From NCBI GenBank assembly GCA_001179505.1, contig CDMY01000401.1, positions 21,950 to 85,949 of the forward strand: a DNA stretch of 64,000 nt, in the 5' to 3' direction. Each line of letters starts with the position of its first letter. Position 1 is the stretch's first letter. The notes beneath the pieces are model-generated. The model worked only from the letters and a program-made list of their open reading frames with translations. It did no database searches and was not told the DNA's origin. The position numbers were made by a program, and so were the translations under genes. Below, piece after piece: positions 11,843 through 25,877 of the stretch. The DNA comes from Vitrella brassicaformis CCMP3155. Lineage: Eukaryota > Protista > Chromerida.

Positions 11843-13533
11843 TCACGTGCCAGCGGTCACACATCGGTGCTCCACCGACACACCTCTGCAGCGACTTCGC
11901 ATCAGCTCAGCCAAGAGACCAACCACAGAGCACGACGGCTCTGCAGCCGTGAAGTCACTCACCACCACCCGTTTCACATTTGGATACACACTCTTGACCA
12001 ACACCGGCGGTACAAACCGAAATGGCTCGTAAGGGATGTCGATCTCGACGGTCCTCGCCGCATCGAAACACAGCGATGTGTCTCCCACCGACTGCAGTGC
12101 GTGGAGCGCGAAGGCGTCTTGATGGTGCTGTGTGGACGGCCGCACACACTTGATGCACAGACAAGATGCAGTTCGGGCGAGCTGACGAATGGCCTGATGA
12201 GACACACACGGGTGGTTAGTGGGGACGCATACCGACCAATAACTCTTACTGTGTGGACGAAGGGGCGCCAAGGAATGGGGACGTTGAGGTCGTCCAGGAA
12301 CTGCAGGTGAATGCGGTTGACGGACAGATGGATGGGGACAGCCCGCAGGAGGCATCCCAGCTCGAACAGCACCTCAGGGGTGGGCGAAAAGTCACCAATA
12401 TCGAAGGCCAGGTCAGCCAGATTCGCCTCTTTCGCCCGCAGCGCGTCCAGGAGGAGAGCCGGCGGCATTCTATCATACCGCCTCCCTCGCTCATCCACAC
12501 CAAATGGGGTGACGAAGGTGTACACGAACAGTCGGCGTAGGTGTCTCAGGGAGGGGACGTTGCTCAGCACGATCGCCAGTGCCCGCATGTCGCACCAGAA
12601 GATATGAATGGACTCCACTGCCTCAGTACCGGCGAGCCATCCACTGATCCACTCCACGTCCTTGGCCTCGCACTCATGGATCTTGAGGGACTTGAGATGT
12701 GGAAGCTGCCATCCGCCGGGGACCTCCATGCCTCCTTTGACAATCTCCACACCCTCCAGGCGGCTGAACACCAGCTGCTGGTGCGTCTCTCCTCCACGTT
12801 TCTGCCCAGTCGACCTGTTTTGTATCTTCAACTCGCGCAGCGTCTTGGCTGAAGCTTCGACAAGGCGCAAGGCTGATGGTGTGCCGCTCCCTGGTCCGTC
12901 TATGGTGATGCTCGCCGAGGTCAGGCATGTCATGCGGCCCTCCCAATGCGCCAGCTGCGTCCCTGTCATGGCCAGTGACCTCGAGAGGTTGAGAGCCGAG
13001 AAGGCCGCTGGCTGCTGCAGCATCGAGGCGACAGGGCAGCAAAGGATGGCCAGTTGGATGGTCTCCTCGGTGGGCAGGAAGGCGAATATCGCTGCAAGCA
13101 AGTCAAGCGGGCAGGCAAGGAAACTCCCGTCGCCACCATTGCCGTGGTGCCGAGTCGCCGTCAAGTCAACCGTTGATGGAAGGGGCTTCGAAGGGGAGTC
13201 GTTGGTTTGGGCCGGTGCTGGGACGCTTCCTGGTTGCCCCTCGGTTCCAAGCAACAGGGGGGGCTCGGGCGGAGGCCTTCCCCCCGGGGGACTCCACAGG
13301 GTCGAAGGGAAGACCAAGCCCTCCAATTCAAACGTCGACAGACTTGAACGCCCTGTCCTCTGCAGGAAAAGGGCAGACATAGCAAGAAAAGGACAGCAGA
13401 TGGCGGAGAGCTCTCACTCGTCGTCTTTGCCATTCTCTTGCTCGCCGCTTACAATCAGCTCTCTCAGCCGTCGGTTCTCTTTGCGCAGCTCCTCATTCTC
13501 GCGAAGGAGGATACCTGCGGAAAGGCTCCCCAT
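11843..13533 (-). CDS. F-box-like / degenerate LRR protein with N-terminal coiled coil
   Basis: F-box-like FLACPLDLLAAIFAFLPTEETIQLAILC followed by LxxLxL-type repeats (LPHLKSLKIHEC, LRHLRRLFV). Three exons. Start 13533 (MGSL...), or 13623. Confidence 0.7.
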
Positions 13534-13645
13534 CGCGGGAGCGAGCAAACCAACGCGCTTTTTCAGATCGGAACGGCTAACCGTCCGCGCTGCGAGCTCT
13601 TGGCCACCCAATTCGTGACTCATGGAGCAGGAGTAGGGCAGCGGG

Positions 13646-16600
13646 ATGAGTGCGGGCGAGGTGCCACATCGCGATAGCTGCTTGTCAGCATGCCGCGTCA
13701 TCGAAGACTGCCACCGCCAGGACGAGGCTGGTGTGTTCATCGACGCCGACTTGGGTAGATCTGTGTGGCAGGAGTACCAGGAGCAGGCCAGCATATTCGA
13801 CGTGAGGAAGACCGGCGTGGCCGTGCCGCAGGAGTTCATCGTCAACCGGGATGACGACGACCGGCGAGGCGCCGGCAGGAAGGGCTGCTACGGCATCTTC
13901 CCACGTAAGAACGGCACATGCACGACGCAGGGAGGCTAATCTCTTCACATGCATGCCATGGTGTGTTCGATTTCAGAGATCCAGAACTGTTTCCGCGGCG
14001 TGGACAATGGCATGCGCTTCTGGAACTACACGGGCCTCACCAACCAAAGAGAAGGTACGGCACACACCACACGTGAAGGAAAATCTATAGATGAAGACCT
14101 CCCTCCTTCATGTCTGTTCTCCTCCTGTCAATCATGCAGTGGTTCAGTGCTACGGCCTGTCCGAGTCCATTGCCGACGGTCCGGTGTTGGCCGCCGACCT
14201 CGTGCGCCCGAAGGCCTCCTTCCAGCGGCAGTGGCAGGGCGAGGACTGGATTCTCGTCGCCGCCACGGCGCATTGGCTGACTTTCCACCATCTACGGGTC
14301 ATCATGGTCTACCCCGGGGAAAGTGTCACGCGGTCATCGGTCGGCTACGTGCCGCCCAAGGTGGTGGGGCGGCTGGATATCAGAGAGCTGGAACAGTATC
14401 GGACTCACACTGGTGAATCTGGGAGGGAGGGAGGGAGGGAGGGAGTGCTTGCTGTGTGGGCGTGTAGGTGTTTGTTTGTCTGTGCGCGAGTGCCTGTCTG
14501 CAGACAAGGAGGAAACATACACGGTGGTCAAGGCACACCAGGCGAGCGGGCGCATCTTTGTCGGAGGTGAGATAACGGCCAGCAAACGACACATAGACGT
14601 ACACACACACGCAATCCGATGTGCACTTGTTTCCGTGTCTGTCTGTGCCTCGCTAGGCTCTCGGGGTCACGTCTACGAGTGCGACTATGAGCGGCAGAAG
14701 CTCATACCCCTGGAGCTGTCGGTGCTCGACTACACCCCCGGTGCGGCGGCACGGAAGACCTTCGTGCAGCTGGGCAAGCTCGCCAACGTCTTCTACCAGG
14801 AGGTCAGGCAGATGGCCGTGGACGAGGCCCGAGGGCTGCTCTATGTGCTCACCGCCGACTCGTGGATACGGGTGTTCCACATCCCGCCCCACGCCCCCTC
14901 CACCATCGCATACGAGCGCGACATCGGCATCCCCTATGTCGAGCCGCCGCGTGCGCAGGGGACCGTTGGGAAACCGCCGGCGACTGTGTTGTCAGGTGGG
15001 TGGGGACAGACAGATGGGCGTGCGTACGTGGTGGATGAGATTCTTTGCCTTTGTGTGTCTGTGTGTGTATGTGTGTGTGTGTGGATATCAGTGACGGTGT
15101 CGCCTCACTCCGTTGACGATCGTGTGCGGACACTGCGGACCCACCGTGACCTGGCTGCGCTCAACCGACAGGACGGGCAGACCACTCACAGCAGGAGGTC
15201 CGTCCTACCGGTAAGCAGAGACTCGTCAAGTGCATCTGCCTGCCTGCCTGCCTGCCTGCCTATGTGTGCGCGTGTGCGTGTGTGTGCTGCAGATAGTGCA
15301 CGTGGAGCCGTTGAGCCCCACCGAGGGACAGAAGCTCCTGTTCTTTGCCGTCACACACGATGGTCAGTCAGCACGCCAGCCATTTTGGCAAGCGCGTCTC
15401 ACCTTTGGTCTCTGTTCCTGCCTTCCCTCCCTCAGGCCACCGTCTGTTCTTCATGGGGCGGTTTGGCTCTTCACCCTTCACACCCATCCAGATCGGCAAA
15501 CCCAACCCGCCCACACCGGCCATGTCAGGACAATGCACACACACACACACACACATATATGTCGTGTGTGTAATGATTCAGTCGTTATGAAGGCCCCGTG
15601 AGTGTGGAGCTGTCCAAGATCCACCTACCCCCAAGGGACTCATCCATCAAAGTCAAAGACGTCTTCTACGCAAAGGTCACACGCAAACAGACACACGGAG
15701 ACGAGGAATCCCATGCAGCAGACCCCCGACTGCCCCTCCCTCCCTCCCTCCCTCTCCGTGTTTCAGGGAGCTTCTCTCATAGTGTCCGAGTGCCCGCCAT
15801 CCGCCTCAATCGCAGCAGCCGCTGCGGCCGCCCAGCTGTCACCCCAGCAGCCCCTCGCTCCACCCCCCAGCCTCTTCGGGCAGCAGGGCCCCTCTCCATT
15901 CGCCCAACAGCCGCCCCACCGCACCGCCATGCCGCAGTTCCAGGGCCGAGCGGGCGACCAGCAGAGGCAGCCACAACAACAACAGCAGCAGCGGCCGCCG
16001 CCATCGCCTCCGCTATCCCCGTCTGGCGGCAGTGACCGCGATCGGCAGGCCACCCGCACTGCACCCCAGAGTGGCCGGTTTGGGTCGCTTCTGGGGAGGT
16101 TTGGTGTGGGCGAGAGGCGCGGTGATGCAGCCGACAGGCATCTCATGTTTGGCCGGAAGAACAACGGGCTGGTGGGGATTGCTGTCGACATGAGGCACGT
16201 GGCGCAGAAACGAAGCGCGTAAGGATGGATGAAAGAGATGGAGAGAGGGAGGGGACATCCTGAGGCTATGTGGTGGTCGTTAGTTGTGCGATCCATTTCA
16301 TCTGTCAGTGGCTTGGTGACTGGCCGGGTGTCGGACAGCGACCATCTGCAGGAGACCTCAGACCTCATGGACGCCACGCAGAAGAGCATTGCACCACTCG
16401 ACGCAGGATGGTCAGACACCCACAACCACACCCGCAACCACACCCCCTCTCTCCCTCCCTCACCCTTGTGTCTGTCCATTCATTTTGCCTTTCTGCTTCT
16501 TTCTTTCAGGGAGGTGTTGGCCGGCTCGGTGGTCGTCCCGGCGACCGAGTGCATCAGCTATGAGCTTCCTCACATAGCCAGCCTCTACTCATGGGCGCCC

Positions 16601-17889
16601 ATGTACCTCGACCCATACAACACCACTCGGCGGCTGGAGTTCCACCCCCGCCCCCCCGGCAGCGTCCAGCAGCAGCCCCGCTCAGGCACGCCATTTGCCG
16701 CCAGCATGACGCGAGTACCAGGCCCACCGATGGCCCTCCCTGACCTGACGACCCAGCAGTTCCTGCCAGGGATGTCGTTCGTCATTGTGTCGAACAGCGA
16801 GGTGCTGCACGTGACTAAGACGAGGCCGATCGACCAGCTGGCGCACCTGATGGTCAACGTGAGTCTGCAGCCGCCCGCCGCGGCCATGGTGCCGGGCTAC
16901 GTGTACGGGCCGCCGATGCAGCAGGACTTCCAGCAGTTCTACAACACCTACTCGCCCGAACAGACGTGCGCCATGCTCTGGCAGCTGCTGTGCGAGTGGC
17001 ACCGGTCGGCCGCAGACATGGGCCTCCTGCGGACGCCGCCGCGCTCGCCACACGCGGCCTCGGTGGGTCAGGGGCTCCATTATGTCTCGCCCCTGACATG
17101 TGTGAGCGTCCCTGGCGTGAGGGGGCTGGGTGGCGGTGCGGACCAGAGGGTGCTGGAGGTGCTGAGGCGGAACCTGATGACGGTGCTCCTGTCTCCCGTC
17201 TATCGCATGTTCCACCAGTTCACCGTCCACCACTCCTTCTCGACAGGTAGGTCAGAGAGTGAGTGACCGGACCGACCTGGTGTGTGTTGGTGTATCAATC
17301 CCTCCCTCCCTCGCTCCCTCTGTCCCCCCCTCTCTCTCCTGGTGTCTGCCTGCAGACCGCGGTCGCGACGACAAGTCCCCCTCCGGCGTGCTCAACATGG
17401 GCCAGGGCACCTACTCGGCGCGGCTCAAGGGCCTCTACATCTACGCTTCCCGGCTGCTGCGAGCGATATGGGACGCCCCCCTCTTCCAGGTGGCCAAGGA
17501 GGGCGCCATGGGCATCGCGGTGCAGCCGACGGACAGGCCGGAGCCGGGCGATGACTCCCCAACACAAAAGAAAGGTGACCAAGCGACAGGGAGAGGGGAG
17601 GTGGCAAGGAACCGATGCGCCTGGGTGATCGTTGTGGCTTGCAGATACGGAGTGGGAGCGCTTCTGGGGCGCGACATTCAAGAGGCGGCGTCGGACGGTC
17701 GGGTGGCTCGGTGGGGTGGGGTACTATGGCGAGCATGACGACTTAGTGGAGGGCCGGTTCCTCCCCTCCCTCACCCCCACTTTCACACCACGCCAGAGGC
17801 AGCACCTCCAGGCACAGCTCACCAACCTCGCAAATGTGAGTGACCGCGTGAATGAATGGGCACGCAGACACCGCCCTCACCGAATGGTG

Positions 17890-17920
<31 letters not shown>

Positions 17921-19948
17921 TCGTCGGCCGTTCAGGTGATCCGTGAGAATCGTCAGGGCCTGGAGGCCACCCCGCCCCCCAACGGCTCCGTGCTGCCCTA
18001 TGGCATGCCCCCGCCGCAGCACCAGGCCAACCCCTTCGTGACGTCCTTCTACACCAGCACGGCGACAGGCGGCACCCACCAGAGCGGCAGGACACACCGC
18101 CACCACCACCTGCCGAGGGACAGGGAGAGAGAGAGGGTCAGCGGCGGCACCACCACCGCCCCCGTGCAGCCCCCACACGAGTTTGAGCTTCTGGTGAGAG
18201 AAAGAGACGACACGACGGCAAGGCGAGAGGGGTTCAGGCAAATGTGTGTGTGTGTCTGTGTGTGTGTGTGTGTGTGTATGCAGGAGGGTCTGTTGGCCAC
18301 GTTGGACTCGGCGATTGGTGTGTTGAACTTCTGCGACATCTTCGATGCGCCGCAGCAGGATCGGGCCCTCACCCCAGCCACGTTCAACCGGCTCGCAGAC
18401 ACCACATTCAAAGACATGTGAGAGCGCACACCAACCACGCACACACCCCCACTCTCACACGCCCAAACACTCCCCTGTCTGTGTGTGTGTGTGTTTAGGA
18501 TCATGCCATCAGTGCGCCCGCCGCCCCCCGCTCCCCAGGCGGCCCCCACGCAAGCACCGTATCCCTACCCGGCTGGGGGCCAGACAGGCGGCGGCCCAGA
18601 CAGGAAGCGGCAGGCGACTACAGATACCGAAGGCAGGAGGGCGGATGGCCGTCGGGGTGGTGTGGACGGCAGCAGGGCGCGTGAAGGAGGTGCGGGTCCT
18701 TTGGGTGGTGTGGTGGGTGAGGGCGTAGCGGACCTGCTGCAGCAGCTGGTGCTGGAGCGGGTCGTCGACCAGAACGAGCTCAGGAACAGATGCCCGACGC
18801 TCTACACGTACCCAGGGAGCCGTGCACTCATGTCCACTCAAACATCGTTCGTTGCACATCTCTGTCTGTCGTCTGTCCTCTATGTATGTCTGTGTTGCTG
18901 CCTGCAGTCAGCTTGACGCCGACGAGCAGGAGATCTACCTCTGTCTGGCAGCGGCCAAGGAGCACTTCGCTCGGTGGGAGAGGGAGGGCCGGCCGTCGGG
19001 CGACACCAGCAAGATGGGCAGCCTGCAGCAGTGGGCCGGCGAGGTCAATCAAGCAGAGAGGGTCATCAAGAAACACCTCCCCAACCCCGAATTCGACATC
19101 AAGACACTCCTGCGCAAAGCGGAGGCCGCTAAGGCTGTCAGGTGAGCAGAGAGAGAGAGAGAGAGAGTGACACCGATGAGCACATAGAGAGGCTGTGTGC
19201 AAGGATGTGTGTGTGTGTGTGTGTGTCCTCCCTCCTAAAGGCTGTTCATCACGATGGCCTGCGAGCGGGCCAAGGCACTGGACCAGCACGGCGTCACGGC
19301 GAGGCCTTCGCCGCCATCCGCACCCACCGAACCACGAGTCGAACAGATCTACAGGGCAAAGTGAGCCACCATTACCACCACACACACCGCCACCGCCACC
19401 CGTGCCTGTCTCCACCCACGCAGAGAGGACTGCTACAGCGCCATTCTCTCCCTCTTGGAGGAGCGCGTCCTCGTCCCGGGCGACCGCTGCATCTACTACC
19501 CCGACGAACTCATGATCGACTTCGGCGCCAAAGCCAAACGCAAACCTGTCCGTATGACGGCACCGGTCGCCGACCAGCCTGCTGCTGCTGCGGCGGCGGC
19601 GGCGGCGGATACTGGGGGATGGGGGGCGTGGTTCCGCGGCACGGCTGCTGGTGGGGGGAAACGGAAGCATGAGGCCACAGGTAAGGAAAACTCGAAGGGA
19701 GCCCAATCAAGGGCGGTCGATGTGTGTGTGTGTGTGTGTGGTGTGTGTTGTGGATGCAGGTGTGTCAGTGTCTGAGGAGCGTGTTGCGTGTGTGGATCGG
19801 TGCCGCCACATGGTGCAGTACTGCCTGCGCGAGTCGGCCGACTCTCAGCTGCACGTCATGCTCTTCAAGTGGATCATCAGACAGCAGCAACATGGTGCGG
19901 TGGGTGCGCACGTGTGCCTCACCGACCGCCATCAAACCCTCTCGCTTC

Positions 19949-19989
<41 letters not shown>

Positions 19990-22586
19990 TGTGTGCGTGT
20001 GTGTGCAGGTCTGCATCTGCATGAGCTGGACTCCCCCTACCTGGCTCAGTGGCTGCTGGGACTAATGGAGCAGAGGACACAGACCCACAGGGAACGACAG
20101 CAGGGGAGACCACCCGCTGCTGCCCCTAGTGGTGGCGACACGGCCGGCGCTGCGGAGGGCGAGGCGGTGCTCAAGAGCATCCCGCCCGACGAACTCGCCA
20201 AGTACTACAGCCGCACCGGGCTCTTCGCAGAGGCAAGTGGACTGGACAGCCTCATGGCGTGTCTGCCCGGATTCACATCACACTGATCCACTTGATGGTG
20301 TGCTCACACAGGCGTGCGCGTGCTACATGAACCTGGCCATCTCCCCCTGGCCCACACGTGACATCGAGCCCTCCTTTCTCGCCGCCGAGACGGGCGACTC
20401 ATGGCCGCCACAGCATGTCAATCCCAGCGATTGGAACGTCCCCGCCCCCCATATCGACAGCACCACCACCGTCGACCAGCTTCTCGCCAATATCGATGCA
20501 GCCCACTTCCCCTCACTTGCCGACCGCGGCAAATTTGCGGTGGAGGCCAGCAGCTACTGGGAGAGGGCCAGAGAGCAGGGGCAGGCCGGCCGGGGAGGCG
20601 TGAGCGTTGTGGCGGGTGGTGGTGGTGGTGTGGGAGGCGGCGGCCTCACTGGGCAGGTGCCGCGAGTGGGGTCGTCGAAGCTGCTGAACCGGTGGGAGCG
20701 CGACAACTGCCAGATGGCCTACAAGACGGTAAGCCAGTGGCAGGGGGCCATCCATACGGCTTGGACTCTCGTGTAATGTAACATGCTGTGTGATCGTTGG
20801 CTTTGGGTGGGGTGGATGGTTGTGTGCAGGTGATGCTGCAGAGCACCATGCTGGCGGAGATGAAGGAAAACCTCCGGGAGCTCCTCGACGACGCCAAGAC
20901 GCATCTCAACTCTGACGGCACAAGGGTGAGCCGCACCCCCCTCCCCCCCGTCCCCTCCCCCTTGTGCACTCTCTCTCTCTCTCTCTCCCTGTGTGTGTGT
21001 GTGGTATTCCTTCCAGCAGGCGTCCAGCAGCCATCGCACGGACATCCACCGCACCCTGCTCGGTGCCCACGGCGTGCAGCAGTCGCTGCGGAACGCCGCG
21101 CACCTGCAGCTGCTGGCGTGGAACCTTGGGCTCTACTGGAGCTTGCTGCAGATGCTGCGCATAGAGCAGTGGCCAGACGACGGCCAGGAGCGGGTCGTAT
21201 TCCTTGTCCGGGTGAGCTCAGCTGAGCTGAGAGGCAGGCAGGCAGGCAGCCATACAGGGAGAGAGGGAGGGGTGATTGTATGCCTGTGTTGGGGTGACCG
21301 GCTGACCTTCCTCTCTCTCTCTGTGTGTGTGTGGATGGTATGGCCAGCATCTGATGGATCAGGCCATTCGCCGGGCGCTCAAGTCGGGCAACGAAAATGT
21401 CGTCACCGAGCTCGTAAGCCCAGAGAGACAGGCGACGACTAATGCCATCCATCCCTCCATCCATCCATCCATCTGTTGTCCATGAACCACCACTTAGGTA
21501 GAGCGTCTGTGTTCCAGCTTCTCGCCCACAGCCGACTCCGCCACAGCCAGCCAGCGCGTGTGGCAGGCGGCGCTGCCAATCGTCGTGCTCAAGCTGACGG
21601 ACTACGCCTATTCGGCGCGCACGAGCGTCGGGGGGCCGTATTGGTGGTGGTGGCCGGTGCGCGTGCTGTGGGGGCCACAGGCCAACCAGTCGGTCAACGA
21701 GCTGTGCGCTGAGGGGCTGCCGACTTTCAGATTTCCTCACCTGACCGTCTGCCATGCACTCAGAAATGTGAGCCAGTGCATGGGCAGGAGACGAACACGA
21801 GACCGATGCATGTGTCTGTGTATGTTTGTGTGTGGATGGTTGCAGGACATGGTGAGGGGCGAGATCAGGAAGCTGACCAACCCTGACGGCAGGACGGCCT
21901 ACGACTACCCCGCCCTCCTGCGATTCCACGTGCTCAAGCACCTCCTGGACATCATCACCAAGGCACTCGAGCGGAGCCGCGTGCTGGCCGTCCACCACCG
22001 TCCGGGCGACACCCAGCGGTTCGTCAACGACATCAACGCGGCGCATACGGAGATCAAGGACCTGTGCGACAGCCGCCCCAACCTGCAAAACATCGCCCAT
22101 TCCATCATCGACCACCAGGCCCTCCCGACGCTGCTGCGGCAGGTGGGCGAGCTGGCGCGTGAGGCCAACCGCGGCCGCATCAACCAGCCCAGCAGCCACT
22201 ACTACCAGCCACACATCCCTCCTCGCGTGAGCGTGCCGCCTCCGTCCTCCGGGGTCTCGTCTTCCCCTCGGTCCCATCTACCCGTCGGTGCCGGGCTGGG
22301 AATGGCGGCCCCCAGCTATGCTCAGCAGCGAGATACCAGTGTGTCGCGTGCGCCCTTTGGCCGTCAACCCCAGGCCCCTGGACCATCACCGCCAGGAGCA
22401 GCAGCTGCTGCGGCTGCTGCTGCGGCTGGAGGGGGCGGTTTGGGGATGGGGCGTGATAGCTACGACCGCTCAGAGCCGCCGACTCTGCGGCCACCGGTTC
22501 CGGCGAGTGGTTATGGCGGGCCTGGTCGGGCGAGTATGCGCCCGGAGGAGTCGGTTTCTTGGAGGGTGGGGCACGCCTATCGGTAG
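13646..22586 (+). CDS. NUP155: Nucleoporin Nup155/Nup170 family
   Basis: N-terminal propeller motifs GVDNGMRFWNYT, CYGLSESIADGPVLAADLVRPKASFQ, WILVAAT, VYECDY, AVDEARGLLYVLTADSWIRVF, followed by a long helical region over many exons. Stop at 22586. Confidence 0.85.
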
Positions 22587-23893
22587 GCAGACCAGATCAG
22601 GTGTGTGAATGAATCTGAACGTTCGTGTGCCGACCGACCGACCTTACACACCCTCCCTCTCTTCATGACTTCGTGTCTGTCGTTGGCTGGCAATATACGA
22701 TTAGTTTACAGCTCGGTGTTATGCATGTCAGTCGTCCATGGCACGCCACACGGCACACGCAGCAACAAATGCACCACCCGTTCGTTCTCATGCACTCAGT
22801 AGCCATGCCATCAGGCAGGCAGTGGTGTCCTGCCATGTGTGGGGCACACACACGCGCACACAAACAGAGAGAGAGAGAGAGAGGCACGGCACGCACTACA
22901 CACAGGTCGTCCACCCTCTCTGTCTCTCTGACGAGAAGGCCATCACACATACAAGTACACTCGTCCACTCACTGCACACGGTCGATCGGTCAGCTCGTGA
23001 GCCACCTGGGTCTCTGCTCACTCGCACCCAGCCAGCCATCGACGCTCACACACACAGACACACACAGAGAGGAAGACAAGACAAGACAGACATCCGCACT
23101 CACACGCACACCAGGCTAACCACAAATCCACACACAAACACACACACACTCAGACACGTTTGAACGTGCAGCATACTCTCTCTCTCTCTCTCTGTTGCGT
23201 CCTCTGCGTCCTTTCTGTCCGCCCACCATCCACCCTACACATGCCATCCATCAGCCATTCGACGACGCCACACAGACAGACACAAACACAGCCATGGGTG
23301 GAGGGTGGAGGAAGGGATGCCAAAACGGTACGGACATCACACACAATGACAAACGTACGCAACAACAAAACGGGAGAGAGGGAGAGAGGGACACGGAGGG
23401 AGGCAAGGCATAGCTAGCACGGCACGGCACGGCACGGCAGCCAACCGATAAACTATGTGCCAGCCTGGGCAAGGAGCATTCGTTACACAAGACTGACAGA
23501 CAGACAGAGAGGTCATGACCACCCCACCTGGCAAACAAAAAACACCACTCACGATCGAAGACCGCCTCTTCTTCAGCCATGCGACTAACCACTCCCCCTC
23601 TCGTCTCGTCCCCTCTGCCCCTCCCTCTCCCGGCTCCCCACCCACCCACCCACCCACCCATCCGAGTGGGTCGCCTCGCCCAGCGTATGAATGCTCGCAC
23701 GTAGTGAGTGGTACATACAATACAGACAGACAGGGCACTAATACACACTCACACTTAAATTAAGCCTCCCTCCCTCGCTCCATTCATCGCTCTCCCTTGA
23801 TTGATGCACAAACAAACATACACACATACAAACCAGCAACCCTCCACCTCTTCCCGCCTCGAGGCCCACGATGAATGGGGTCGTCATGTCTTC

Positions 23894-25405
23894 TCACCCG
23901 CGGCGTCTCTCCCTCTCCCTCTCCGTGCGAATCTTGTCCCGCACGACATTGGCCAAATCGCTAATCGACGAACTCCTTAACGCCAAGTCGCTAAGCGCCG
24001 CACCCCGGCTGCCGTCGCCCCACAGCTCCATCAGACGCTTATAATCCTCCTCGCTGAGATGCGACTCCAGGCGCTTCAGCTTGTCAAACACGGACGAGGA
24101 CATCATGGCCATCGGGAGCACCGCCAGCTCATCTGCAGCGATGGTCGCGGCGGCATCCTTGGCTCGCTGTGGCGATGCTGACAGGGGTGGTGGTGGTGTG
24201 GACCGATTGGACGCGGCGTCGGCTGATGATGTGTTCAGAGGGGTGCTCGTGGTGGGATGGACCACGCCAGTGACGCATGGCGATCGCTTCTCCTCAGGGA
24301 TGGTCGGGAGGCCCTTGCTGCCGCCCTGCTGATGACCTTCCCCCCTCCCTTTGTCAGCGCTGTCCCCACTGCCGCCGTCATTAGCCGACTGCGGCGAGAA
24401 GGGCACAGATGGCTTCGGCGAGGGTTGCTTGGGGCGACTCGCTGGAGGGTCGCGTGCTGGCAGCTGACGGAGGGCCTTCTGCAGCTGGAGCACGAAGTCC
24501 TCCTTGGCTGGCTTCACAGGGAGGTGCTGCGAGGCGACGGCAGCACGGTCGCGCCAGACGTGGATGTACCCAGGCTCTGTGACACACACACACACACACA
24601 CACAAACCAAAGTGCAATAAAGGTGTTGTCTTCTGCGTGCGGTGTGCGGTTCGGTGCGTGGTACCTCCAGGTTTGGGCGTGTTGGTCTCCTGCTGCTGCT
24701 TGAGAGCCTGAAGCGCCTGCTGATAGCCTGACACACACACATGACACACCCGACAGTTCTATCGAACGGTGAGGCACCTTTCCCATGTGTGTGGCTTGGT
24801 CGCTTACGGCTGCAGAGGTACTGCCTGCCCTTCTTGACGCTAAAGGACCCCTCCCTCTCCCTCCGGCCCCTCCCATGCTGCTGCACGCCACCCTCGCCAC
24901 CGCCACCCACACCCACACCCTCACTCGTCGTCGCAGCAGCAGCTGCACCGGCACCAACACCCGCAGTCGCGTTATACGTCGTCACACCGCCACTCGATGC
25001 CGACTGCCCCCCGCCGCCTCCCTCTCTCCCCTCTCTTCTCGGCGGGCCGGAGTTGGGCGTCTTGAAGTACTGAATGGGCGCGAAGTCGCCTCGCTGCTGC
25101 GGCAACCCGTTGTGCATCATCCCGTAGGCCCTGAGGCTGAGGCTTCGGGTGAGGGCCACGTCAGACCCGCCCATCCGCCGTGGGCTCTCGCTGAGCAGCA
25201 TGTTGACGTCAAAGGGGGTTGAGGCCGCCTGGACGAAGGGAGGTGTTGTCTGCCGGTTGGCCGCGAGCATCGGGCTGTGGCTGTGGCTGTGGCTATGGGT
25301 GTAGGTGTGTGTAGCGTGTGAGGGTGAGCCTGAGGCAGCAGTGTGGTCCCGGCGGGAGGAGTGGGTGTAGCTGGTGGCCGGGTGCGCTGGCAGGTAGGTC
25401 GCCAT
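23894..25405 (-). CDS. Hypothetical low-complexity protein with a short helical C-terminal segment
   Basis: Long ORF 23894..25426 with two in-frame GT-AG introns (about 24790-24728 and 24650-24578). C-terminal VFDKLKRLESHLSEEDYKRLMELW. No family recognised; first ATG at 25405. Confidence 0.55.
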   Translation of the reverse strand: MATYLPAHPATSYTHSSRRDHTAASGSPSHATHTYTHSHSHSHSPMLAANRQTTPPFVQAASTPFDVNMLLSESPRRMGGSDVALTRSLSLRAYGMMHNGLPQQRGDFAPIQYFKTPNSGPPRREGREGGGGGQSASSGGVTTYNATAGVGAGAAAAATTSEGVGVGGGGEGGVQQHGRGRREREGSFSVKKGRQYLCSRKRPSHTHGKGASPFDRTVGCVMCVCQAISRRFRLSSSSRRPTRPNLEVPRTEPHTARRRQHLYCTLVCVCVCVCVTEPGYIHVWRDRAAVASQHLPVKPAKEDFVLQLQKALRQLPARDPPASRPKQPSPKPSVPFSPQSANDGGSGDSADKGRGEGHQQGGSKGLPTIPEEKRSPCVTGVVHPTTSTPLNTSSADAASNRSTPPPPLSASPQRAKDAAATIAADELAVLPMAMMSSSVFDKLKRLESHLSEEDYKRLMELWGDGSRGAALSDLALRSSSISDLANVVRDKIRTERERERRRG

Positions 25406-25877
25406 CAACCACTGGCAGTCACTCAATCAGTGTGAGTCAACGGAACCAGAGAGAGATGAGAGAGCCGTCGCTCACTCAGTCACTCACTGGGCCACGCCGC
25501 GACCAGCAGACGCGCGAATGCGCTCCTCATATGACCTGACTGACAGGAACAGCACAGGCAGGAACTGTGGGAGCCAAATGTCACGATGAGTGCTTCTGTG
25601 CTGTGCTTCACACAGGAAGTGTTTGTCACAATCATTTCCGAAACAGAACCCACCCACCTGTGCGAGTCAGTCGAGTGACGTCCCTGTGCACCTCCGCGCC
25701 TCTTTGCCTCCCCATTCTGGTGCGAGCTTTTTCTCGCCGTGGAACTGATTAGACTACAGAAGCGACGAGGAAAGAGAAGAAGGATGAAGGAATAGCTTTG
25801 TTGTCGATAGTGCGTCTGTTTGGAGCCTCCCCCTCATTGTGAAAGGGTCCAGACTGTGACAGAGGCGCCCGTCGGTG

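Noticed and set aside
20646-22277. 543-aa minus-strand ORF, and similar long ORFs such as 3418..4491(+), 6705..7832(+), 12608..13618(+), 29745..30938(-) and 31591..32598(-)
   Set aside because: These are antisense shadows of GC-rich coding exons. They read through microsatellite introns (HTHT/CVCV runs) and carry no family motifs.
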